The notes under the pieces are model-generated. The model had not been told where the DNA came from and made no database searches. It saw only the letters and a program-made list of their open reading frames with translations. Positions 1 to 6,382 of a stretch of 40,415 bases of DNA are shown here, piece after piece (the first letter of the stretch is position 1; every line of letters begins with the position of its first letter). The position numbers and the translations under genes were made by a program. Source of the stretch: a virus (lineage: Duplodnaviria > Caudoviricetes); the IMG/VR virus record IMGVR_UViG_3300042360_000483, positions 1 through 40,415 of that record. One strand, written 5' to 3'.

Positions 1-66
1 GCCGCTTCGGCGCCGAGCGCGCCGGCGGCTGCCACCCGTGCCGGCGCTGGCAGCAAGGCCGCGAGC

Positions 67-108
67 TGAGGGGAAATGTCGTATTTGACGCGGGAAGACG
101 TCGTAATT
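67..108 (+). repeat. Left end (attL) with two transposase-binding repeats
   Basis: TGA at 67; ATGTCGTATTT 76-86 and ACGTCGTAATT 98-108, 22-bp period, first site starts 9 bp in from the terminal base. Confidence 0.85.
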
Positions 109-179
109 GCCGGGAAGAAGTGAAACCAAACCGACAAAAACGCAAACGAAAATCAACGGCCTTGCCGCAGGTGAAAAGC

Positions 180-593
180 CTAGAACGGGAGATCAACCTG
201 GACTGGCGGCACGCCGACTCGGCCGATGCGAGCCAGATGTTTGCATACCTGACGCCGAGACAGACCGGTGGTACGCACAATCTGGCCAACGGTGTAGCCC
301 TGTGATCGCAGGGTGGCGATGATCCGAACGGTCTGAGCGGTACGCCAGTCTGGCTGGCGGTGTAGTGCATCGGGGTATGCGACGACACGCTCGCCGTCGA
401 TCACCGGGAAGCGCGGAATGTATTCCTGGGCGCCTCCGATCCGGTCGCAGATCGACAAAACGCACGCACGCGCCACCTGTCGTGCGCGGTCTGACTGCAT
501 CGACGCGGCCGACACAAGCGTCGCCTCGACCGCGGCTGCCATGTCGTCGACGATGGTCACTGTCACTCGATTACCCACGTGCGTCAGCTCCAC
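180..593 (-). CDS. mor: Mor/C-family transcription activator (start uncertain)
   Basis: IGGAQEYIPR motif followed by a C-terminal HTH (GYTVGQIVRTTGLSRRQV); last gene of the early operon, after gemA. Confidence 0.7.
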   Translation of the reverse strand: MELTHVGNRVTVTIVDDMAAAVEATLVSAASMQSDRARQVARACVLSICDRIGGAQEYIPRFPVIDGERVVAYPDALHRQPDWRTAQTVRIIATLRSQGYTVGQIVRTTGLSRRQVCKHLARIGRVGVPPVQVDLPF

Positions 594-1011
594 GCGTGAC
601 GCGCGCGATCCAGCTTTTGAGCGACTCGGTCAGGGTCTCCAACTCTGCTGGCCTACGGTCGAGCCACTCGATGCGATCGACGCCGGTCTGGCGCTTGCAG
701 AAGACGTTGAGCGACCGCGCTGAACGGTCCGCGACCGCGCCGAGCTGGTGCAGCTCGCCCCAGAGCGCGAGCAGCTTGCGGATCCGGGGCGAGGTCTTGT
801 TAACGCCTGGTGTCCAGCCGAGATGGCGCAGGTGCTCAAGCACGCGCTTGCGTCCGCCCCAGTCGAGGTCGCCGGCTGAGCGGACCCGCGCGACGGCATG
901 CAGCATCGCCTCATACGTGTCGCGATCAATGCCGAGCTGTTTCGCCGCGATGTGAATCTGCGCAAGCTCGGCCCTCCGCAGAGCGGCGCCATTGCGCTCA
1001 ACCGAGGCCAT
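571..1011 (-). CDS. gemA: GemA / Mu gp16 (DUF1018) family regulatory protein
   Basis: LAQIHIAAKQLGIDRDTYEAML...SAGDL...RKLLALWGEL...LKSW pattern; position before mor. Confidence 0.85.
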   Translation of the reverse strand: MASVERNGAALRRAELAQIHIAAKQLGIDRDTYEAMLHAVARVRSAGDLDWGGRKRVLEHLRHLGWTPGVNKTSPRIRKLLALWGELHQLGAVADRSARSLNVFCKRQTGVDRIEWLDRRPAELETLTESLKSWIARVTRGADARG

Positions 1012-1336
1012 ATTGTGCTGACGAAATCAAGTTAGGCCTCAAGGCGGCGCGCAGGCGGTCACACACACCCCACTCGTCGCCGTCGCGCTCAAGCGTGGCA
1101 ATCGCCTCACGCAACGCGCGCTCCTGCTTCTCTGCCATCAGCAGCAGGGCGCAAGCCCGGCCGACGTAGACGTGCCGAGAGAAGTCGACCAGGGGCTGGC
1201 CGCGGTAGCTGTAGGGGTGCCCGTACTCTTGTCGCAGCGCCATCCGAATCTCCTCCCACTCGGTGTGTTGAGGCCGAACTGGCGTTTCGAGCCGACCCGC
1301 GTCGGCGGGCGGCACCTGTGCGTCTTCATGCTTCAT
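998..1336 (-). CDS. Hypothetical protein, cassette 1 cargo
   Basis: GGAGG RBS and ATG inside attC-A; N-terminus AGRLETPVRP is encoded by the L''/R'' boxes. Confidence 0.7.
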   Translation of the reverse strand: MKHEDAQVPPADAGRLETPVRPQHTEWEEIRMALRQEYGHPYSYRGQPLVDFSRHVYVGRACALLLMAEKQERALREAIATLERDGDEWGVCDRLRAALRPNLISSAQYGLG

Positions 1337-1371
1337 CTGCGCCTCCTTGGCGGCTCAAACTATCGTTAGGC
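1273..1371 (+). other. attC-like recombination site A
   Basis: R'' GCCGAAC 1273-79, L'' TTTCGAGC 1285-92, L' GCTCAAA 1353-59, R' GTTAGGC 1365-71; extra C and extra A on the top strand. Confidence 0.8.
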
Positions 1372-1605
1372 CACATACGCGCGCCACCACCAGCGCCAGT
1401 ACTGGAGGCTCAGGAATCGGCCCCAGCCCAGCACCTCAGCGTGCATGCGCATGCGCACCTTGGCTGCTTCGCGCATGTTGATGGGCTCCAGCTTCGCCAG
1501 CGCGGCCCCGTACAACTCAAAGGCGCGGCGGGCTTCATCCAGGCTCATCCCTGTGCCGCGCACTCTAGGCAAGTCATTGGCGGTTGTGTGCTCGTTGGGT
1601 TCCAT
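1366..1605 (-). CDS. Hypothetical protein, cassette 2 cargo (ATG 1605; TTG 1626 alternative)
   Basis: ORF ends on a TAA formed by the R' core of attC-A; Trp-rich C-terminus. Confidence 0.6.
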   Translation of the reverse strand: MEPNEHTTANDLPRVRGTGMSLDEARRAFELYGAALAKLEPINMREAAKVRMRMHAEVLGWGRFLSLQYWRWWWRAYVA

Positions 1606-1608
1606 GTG

Positions 1609-1709
1609 GCCTAACTCTTCGGTCAACGGCGACCCGCCCCGGCGGGCCGCCTTGTTGCATCTTCCTACGTCAGCAGCGCCGGGTCGGTCGCGTTACCTCT
1701 ACGTTGGGC
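1609..1709 (+). other. attC-like recombination site B
   Basis: R'' GCCTAAC 1609-15, L'' GGTCAACG 1621-28, L' CGTTACC 1691-97, R' GTTGGGC 1703-09. Confidence 0.82.
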
Positions 1710-1713
1710 GTCT

Positions 1714-1959
1714 TCAGGCACGCAGAGCGCCCAGCACTTTGCGCTCGCAGTTTGCGTACCCTTCGGCCTCGCCATCTGCCCACGCCACTGCCAGCAGCCC
1801 ATCCATCGCATACGCAGCACGGAAGCTCGGGAAGTCCTGTCGCACAACAACCTCAACATCCCCAGTGCGGCGCTCTTCGGTGTAGCGCCACACGGCCACG
1901 CCGGATTCATCGTCCGGGGCGGCGCTGTTTGCCGTGAACTCAAATTTTGGCTTGCTCAT
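1714..1959 (-). CDS. Hypothetical protein, cassette 3 cargo
   Basis: AAAGGA RBS before ATG; ORF fills the cassette between attC-B and attC-C. Confidence 0.7.
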   Translation of the reverse strand: MSKPKFEFTANSAAPDDESGVAVWRYTEERRTGDVEVVVRQDFPSFRAAYAMDGLLAVAWADGEAEGYANCERKVLGALRA

Positions 1960-1989
1960 GTCGTCCTTTCGCGCCTTCGTTCACCAGCC

Positions 1990-2040
1990 GCCCAACCCTC
2001 GCTCAAGCCGACCTTCGGCGGCTTAGCTCGAACGTTAGGC
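1990..2040 (+). other. attC-like recombination site C (short, 51 bp)
   Basis: GCCCAAC-cctc-GCTCAAGC-cgaccttcggcg-GCTTAGC-tcgaac-GTTAGGC; classic 59-base-element architecture with extra C and A. Confidence 0.85.
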
Positions 2041-2042
2041 CC

Positions 2043-2357
2043 TCAAACCGGCCAAAGGTGGTTGCCGTGGCAGTCGTCGCCTGCGGCAGCGCCAAGGCAC
2101 ATACCAGCAGCTTCGTCGGCCGTCATTGCGCCGCACTGCTGGCACGGCGGCTGCTCCCATGCGTGCCGCGCTTCAGCGCACGCGCGGCACGCATGGGCTC
2201 GCTTGTCCACGCCGTGCGACACCTCGCCGCAGCGCTGGCAAGTGTTCATGTAGTTGCCGGGCGCGTAGCCGTAGCGCAGCAGGTGCTCGAACCCGCTCGC
2301 GTCGGGCCTAACCCCTCGCTCAAGCTGACCGGCCACGGCGTCACTGTTGGTTGTCAT
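2043..2357 (-). CDS. Cys-rich (CxxC x3) putative Zn-binding protein, cassette 4 cargo
   Basis: GAGGAG RBS and ATG inside attC-D; GYAPGNYMNTCQRC...CRAC...CQQC. Confidence 0.72.
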   Translation of the reverse strand: MTTNSDAVAGQLERGVRPDASGFEHLLRYGYAPGNYMNTCQRCGEVSHGVDKRAHACRACAEARHAWEQPPCQQCGAMTADEAAGMCLGAAAGDDCHGNHLWPV

Positions 2358-2398
2358 CGTTGCTCCTCGCGGCCGTGTCCGGCAGCTTAGCGTTAGGC
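2306..2398 (+). other. attC-like recombination site D (L'-R' spacer missing)
   Basis: R'' GCCTAAC 2306-12, L'' GCTCAAGC 2318-25, L' GCTTAGC 2385-91 directly abutting R' GTTAGGC 2392-98. Confidence 0.78.
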
Positions 2399-2410
2399 CC
2401 TACGCTTCAA

Positions 2411-2644
2411 CTAGGTCAGCACTTCGGCCAAGTCGTGCCGCAAGCTGTCCACGCTGTCGCGCATCTCGCGCATGTTGCGCGCCGCCTGCATCTGCGTCGG
2501 CAGGCCCGGCGGGTATGCGCAGCCCTTGAACGCCTCTCGGATATCGTCATCCACGAACTTCAGTTCGTCCGGGTACATCATCGGCAGCGTCGCAATCACC
2601 GGCGACACGTTGCCAACAATGCTTACTTGCTCTGCGTCCATCAT
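2411..2644 (-). CDS. Hypothetical protein, cassette 5 cargo
   Basis: GGAG RBS at 2649-2652; ORF fills the cassette. Confidence 0.65.
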   Translation of the reverse strand: MMDAEQVSIVGNVSPVIATLPMMYPDELKFVDDDIREAFKGCAYPPGLPTQMQAARNMREMRDSVDSLRHDLAEVLT

Positions 2645-2663
2645 CTCGCTCCAGTTAAAACGG

Positions 2664-2724
2664 GCCTAACCTGTCGCTCAATTCCAGCGACGCGCTACGC
2701 GCGCCGCTGAACACGGCGTGAGGC
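2664..2724 (+). other. attC-like recombination site E (degenerate)
   Basis: R'' GCCTAAC 2664-70, TTCCAGCG / CGCTGAA arms with extra C, variant R' GTGAGGC 2718-24; R''-L'' spacer 10 bp instead of 5. Confidence 0.62.
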
Positions 2725-2891
2725 CAAAGAAAACGGTGATCCGGCTCACCGCGGGCCAGCCGCGCCTGGTGCACTTGTTCGCCGCTCGCGCGGCTAGGGG
2801 CTCCCATCGTCGACCTGCGGGTGTTTTTTCGTCGGCCCACCGCCCGCTGGGACCGGCGTCGGCATCCAGCTCGCCGACGCATCTGCATGTG

Positions 2892-3431
2892 CTATGCGTC
2901 GAGGCTCTTGTCGTGCGCGAGCAGCGCGCTGACGAGCTTGTCGATTTCGCTTTCGGTGTCGCGAACGACCACCTGGTCGTCGTCGTCCTTGATGCTGACG
3001 CCAATGCGTTTGAGGTCTGCCGCCGAGAGCTGTTCGAGCGCGGCGCGGATGGGCGTGCGCTTGATGTCGATCAGCGCGTCGGCGGCGTCGGGCAGGTGCT
3101 TGTCGATGAGGCGGCAGACGGCCTCGCCATCGTCGTACACCAGCTTGCCTTTGCCCTTGGTCCAGCCGAACTTGACCCCGTCTACCGTCAACGTGCGCGG
3201 GCGATCGAACAGGTCTTTTCGGGTCTCGACCATGTGGCGAAGGGCGGCCTCACTGGCGCTCGCACGCTCAACTGCGCGCGTGATCTGCTTCATGGCTCGG
3301 CGTTTGGCCTCGGCAATCTCCGTCTGCAGGGCGCTGACCAACAGCCGCAGGTCGCGTCGATGCTCTGCATGCTTGCGCGCGGCAGTTTGGATCAGGTCCA
3401 TCGTGATAGCTTGATCGGTGGCGGTGGTCAT
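2892..3431 (-). CDS. gam: Gam-like host-nuclease inhibitor (DNA end protection)
   Basis: Coiled-coil N-terminus, then LFDRPRTLTVDGVKFGWTKGKGKL...LKRIGVSI, typical of Mu Gam relatives; early operon position. Confidence 0.7.
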   Translation of the reverse strand: MTTATDQAITMDLIQTAARKHAEHRRDLRLLVSALQTEIAEAKRRAMKQITRAVERASASEAALRHMVETRKDLFDRPRTLTVDGVKFGWTKGKGKLVYDDGEAVCRLIDKHLPDAADALIDIKRTPIRAALEQLSAADLKRIGVSIKDDDDQVVVRDTESEIDKLVSALLAHDKSLDA

Positions 3432-3438
3432 GTGGTCC

Positions 3439-3618
3439 TCATTCGATGGTCTGGCAGAAGCTGCTGAGTCGCAGCTCGAAAACGTAGCGGCGGCCGCCTC
3501 CCGGCGCGTCGTAGTACGTAGTCCAGAGGGTCTCGCCGGTCTGCGCGTAGCGATACAGCGCCTGAGCCAGCAGGGCGGGCGCCTCCGGCGGGGGGGGCAA
3601 CGAGGCCGGCTCAGTCAT
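3439..3618 (-). CDS. Hypothetical protein
   Basis: ATG 3618 overlaps the upstream stop (ATGA coupling). Confidence 0.55.
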   Translation of the reverse strand: MTEPASLPPPPEAPALLAQALYRYAQTGETLWTTYYDAPGGGRRYVFELRLSSFCQTIE

Positions 3619-3977
3619 GTACGCACCCTCAACTGGCCGAGCAGGTCCGGCAGTGCGATCTTGCGCAGCCGGGCTTCGATCTGCAGGCTGTGCATAGCTC
3701 GGGCGCGGAGGAACCTGCAGCACTCCTCAAGCTCGTCGCCTGTGACGGCGATGTAGTAGCCCGTCTCCGGCGTGCCAACAATCGCGACGCCATCGTCGCG
3801 CGCGCTGCTGATGAGGTCGCGCAGGGTGCGCTCGTGCACGCCAAGCGCCAGTGCGAGCAGCTCGGCCTTGATGCCGTTGGCTCGGCCCGTGTGGCGGGAA
3901 GCAAGGCGCTGTGTGAGCTGCGCGCGCAGCGTGTCGCGACCTGGTGTCGCACCCGGAAGCGCGAAGGCGGTTTTCAT
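3615..3977 (-). CDS. Winged-helix/HTH DNA-binding protein
   Basis: GIKAELLALALGVHERTLRDLISSAR...GYYIA; ATG 3977 overlaps the upstream stop. Confidence 0.75.
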   Translation of the reverse strand: MKTAFALPGATPGRDTLRAQLTQRLASRHTGRANGIKAELLALALGVHERTLRDLISSARDDGVAIVGTPETGYYIAVTGDELEECCRFLRARAMHSLQIEARLRKIALPDLLGQLRVRT

Positions 3978-4321
3978 GTCGCGCTCCCGGCTGCGATTGC
4001 GGCTGCCTTCTTGCGCGCGCGATACGCGCGCATGTAGATCGTCCAGTGTGCGCGGCGGCGCTGCATCTCCTCTGGTGTGATCGACCGCGCGGCGCGCTGC
4101 CGGCGCATCCACTCCCGTTTGTAGGCGCGCATGGCGGCGATCACCTGCTCGCGGCTCTGCTCGTCGGTACAAAGCGAGGGACTGCGCGTCTGGCCGTGCC
4201 GCTGGTACGGCGCGCGTTTGCGCGGTGCCTGCGAGTCGAGCTTGCGGACGCGCCGAGTGCGGCCAATCTTGACGGCCGGCGGCGCAATCAGGCTGCGCCA
4301 GGGGTCGAATGTGCGTGTCAT
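3974..4321 (-). CDS. Basic hypothetical protein
   Basis: ATGA-coupled on both sides; Arg-rich with two MRAY(K/R) motifs. Confidence 0.55.
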   Translation of the reverse strand: MTRTFDPWRSLIAPPAVKIGRTRRVRKLDSQAPRKRAPYQRHGQTRSPSLCTDEQSREQVIAAMRAYKREWMRRQRAARSITPEEMQRRRAHWTIYMRAYRARKKAAAIAAGSAT

Positions 4322-4965
4322 GTGCTGACCTCGTGGTTGTCGGTGCCGGTATCGGCGTCCACGGCCGCATCCGCGCCCTTGCGTCGACGCAAGCCAAGGC
4401 GCTGAAGGTGCTCGAATACCTGCGTGGGTACCTGACGCGGTCCATTGACAGGTGGCAGGGCCGGGTACGAAGGCAATGCCATTGGTGCAGTGGCGGCGGC
4501 GCTGTCGGACACAGGTGCGGCGGGCGGCAGCGGGCGGTGTGGGGACCGGCGCTCTGCTTCGCGGCGCGTTTCGTCTGCGCGAAAAACCTTCTCGCGCTGC
4601 TCAACGAGTATGGCTAGTAGGTACCCGTGGCTCTTGAGCGGCAGCCTGATGAGCCCGGCGTCTCGGTTGGCGAGCACCTGATCGAGCGCCGCCGTCCAGT
4701 CGGCGGTGGTGGTGTCGTACCGGTTGCCGTTGCGCTCAACGCGCTGGTCCCTGACGAGCGGCAGCAGATCATCGAGTAGCGTTGCCACGCGATCCATCGT
4801 GAGCTGGCGCTGCGCAGGTCGGAAGAGCGCGATGTAGTGCATGACCCGGTGCGCAAGAGGGGCGCTGAGCTGCAGCGCCGCTGCAACGGCGCGTCGCGCG
4901 CCGTCGTGCGCGACGAGCACGTCGAGTGAGAGATCAGCGCCGCAGCTCGGGCAGCTCACGCGCAT
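4318..4965 (-). CDS. Conserved Mu-like phage early protein with N-terminal CPxC
   Basis: MRVSCPSCGADLSLD...YIALFRP...LPLKSHGYL pattern recognised from Mu-like early regions. Confidence 0.72.
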   Translation of the reverse strand: MRVSCPSCGADLSLDVLVAHDGARRAVAAALQLSAPLAHRVMHYIALFRPAQRQLTMDRVATLLDDLLPLVRDQRVERNGNRYDTTTADWTAALDQVLANRDAGLIRLPLKSHGYLLAILVEQREKVFRADETRREAERRSPHRPLPPAAPVSDSAAATAPMALPSYPALPPVNGPRQVPTQVFEHLQRLGLRRRKGADAAVDADTGTDNHEVST

Positions 4966-5315
4966 GCGGCCTCCAGCTTGCGCATGCGCGCGCAGATGCT
5001 GTCCGTCATGTCGTGCACGAAGTACGCCATCGGCTCGTCGTCATCGCCGTCGCGCAGGCCATAAGCGCTGGCGACGTGCGTGACCTCGTGCGCCACAAGA
5101 CCGGGCGTCCACTGACTGAGGTTGAGCGTGACGCGCGCGACGGCCGATCCGCACCGAACAGTGGTGAATCCGTGCACGACCTTGCCGCAGGCCATCCGGC
5201 GCGCCCCACTGCCCTCCAGAAAGGCGCGCGTCACTTCGCGCGGCGTAGGCAGCACCGTCACGCGCACGGTGATGCCGCGGCGCGTGACGGTAAAGACGTG
5301 CGCTGAGATCATCAC
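4956..5315 (-). CDS. HExxH-motif protein (putative zinc metalloprotein)
   Basis: LVAHEVTH followed by DDDEPMAY. Confidence 0.62.
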   Translation of the reverse strand: MMISAHVFTVTRRGITVRVTVLPTPREVTRAFLEGSGARRMACGKVVHGFTTVRCGSAVARVTLNLSQWTPGLVAHEVTHVASAYGLRDGDDDEPMAYFVHDMTDSICARMRKLEAACA

Positions 5316-5506
5316 ACCATCTCCGGCCGCGCCGACCAGCGATCGCAGACCAGACCAGGACGCACGAGCACGTCGAGCGACTTGCAGCGGATGATCTGCT
5401 CGACCGGCTTGACCGCTGCATGACGGCAGGACTCGCAGCGTGCGCTGTGACTGCCGATGCGCAAGTTGGCGTTGAGCGCGGACATCGCGTTGTCAGCGGC
5501 ACTCAT
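5312..5506 (-). CDS. Small Cys-rich protein
   Basis: CESC...C...C pattern; coupled overlaps. Confidence 0.6.
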   Translation of the reverse strand: MSAADNAMSALNANLRIGSHSARCESCRHAAVKPVEQIIRCKSLDVLVRPGLVCDRWSARPEMV

Positions 5507-5706
5507 GCAGCCCTCCGCTTGCGGATTGGCGCGACCTTTGACGCTTGATCGCGCGGTGCCGCTGGCACCGCGGCCGGTTGCGACCGCTTGCGTGCGGCCT
5601 GGCGCAGCAGGCGGAACCGCCGCTGGAGATACCCGGGCTGCTGGGTTTCGTCTGCCGGCGTGTACGGCGCCGGACGCTTGATGAGGTGGTCGAGTCGGGC
5701 CCGCAT
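5503..5706 (-). CDS. Hypothetical protein
   Basis: ATG 5706 overlaps the upstream TGA. Confidence 0.55.
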   Translation of the reverse strand: MRARLDHLIKRPAPYTPADETQQPGYLQRRFRLLRQAARKRSQPAAVPAAPRDQASKVAPIRKRRAA

Positions 5707-6032
5707 CACGTCACCCTCCGGATCGTCCAGTACACGAGGCAGCCGTGCAGCCGGAAGCGCACGCGCGGCTCGATTGCGACCACCGGGGCAGCGGTGCCGG
5801 CGGCGCACGTGCTTCCGAGCGGCGTGAGCAGTCCTGTTTCGAATCCGTTGATGGACGCGTCGTTGACTGGCTCATCGATCTCGATGACCGTGCCCAGATC
5901 GCCGGCGCAGATCTCCGCGGCGCGCACGCTCAAGCCCCTGGCCTGCAGATCGATCACCGCCATCGCCAACTTGCACACGCGGTCGATCATGGTCTCCTGC
6001 GGCGTGCGGTGGCTCAGTGTTTGGGTCTGCAT
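5706..6032 (-). CDS. Hypothetical protein
   Basis: Coupled ORF, GAGG RBS; C-terminal FRLHGCLVYW. Confidence 0.6.
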   Translation of the reverse strand: MQTQTLSHRTPQETMIDRVCKLAMAVIDLQARGLSVRAAEICAGDLGTVIEIDEPVNDASINGFETGLLTPLGSTCAAGTAAPVVAIEPRVRFRLHGCLVYWTIRRVT

Positions 6033-6382
6033 CAGTGCACCTCGCGCGCGTTGGGTTTGACCGCGGCGTCGTCGCGGCGCTCATACCACTGCACCCACAC
6101 GTGGCCGAGGGGTGTGGGAAACGCGAACCACATGAGGCTGCCGGATTGCGTGTCCACGCCATTAAGGCGGCGCGCCATCCGATCAACTTGCTCGTCGGTC
6201 GGCTGGGCAACCGTGAGCACTGCGCCGCTGGCCTCGTCAACGCGGAAGCCCAGGACGGTGTAGCCCGCGCCAATCAGCGCGTCCGTGGCCATGAGCACTC
6301 GGCCGATGTAGCCATTGATCGTCGCGAGGTTGGAGACCTGCATCGCAGCGCGATCAACGTGGAGCCCGTGGATGGTGGTCAT
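6032..6382 (-). CDS. Hypothetical protein
   Basis: ATG 6382 overlaps the ATPase stop. Confidence 0.6.
   Translation of the reverse strand: MTTIHGLHVDRAAMQVSNLATINGYIGRVLMATDALIGAGYTVLGFRVDEASGAVLTVAQPTDEQVDRMARRLNGVDTQSGSLMWFAFPTPLGHVWVQWYERRDDAAVKPNAREVH

Noticed and set aside
61-66. Target-site duplication
   Set aside because: GCGAGC does not match GCTGGG at 40230-40235 beyond chance
1273-2724. CRISPR array or REP/terminator explanation for the periodic palindromes
   Set aside because: The repeats are not identical, the spacers are ~330-bp coding units, there are no U-tracts, and the box layout with asymmetric extra bases fits attC
3590-3597. G8 run as a phase-variation tract
   Set aside because: Encodes a poly-Pro stretch on the minus strand in a GC-rich genome; no supporting evidence
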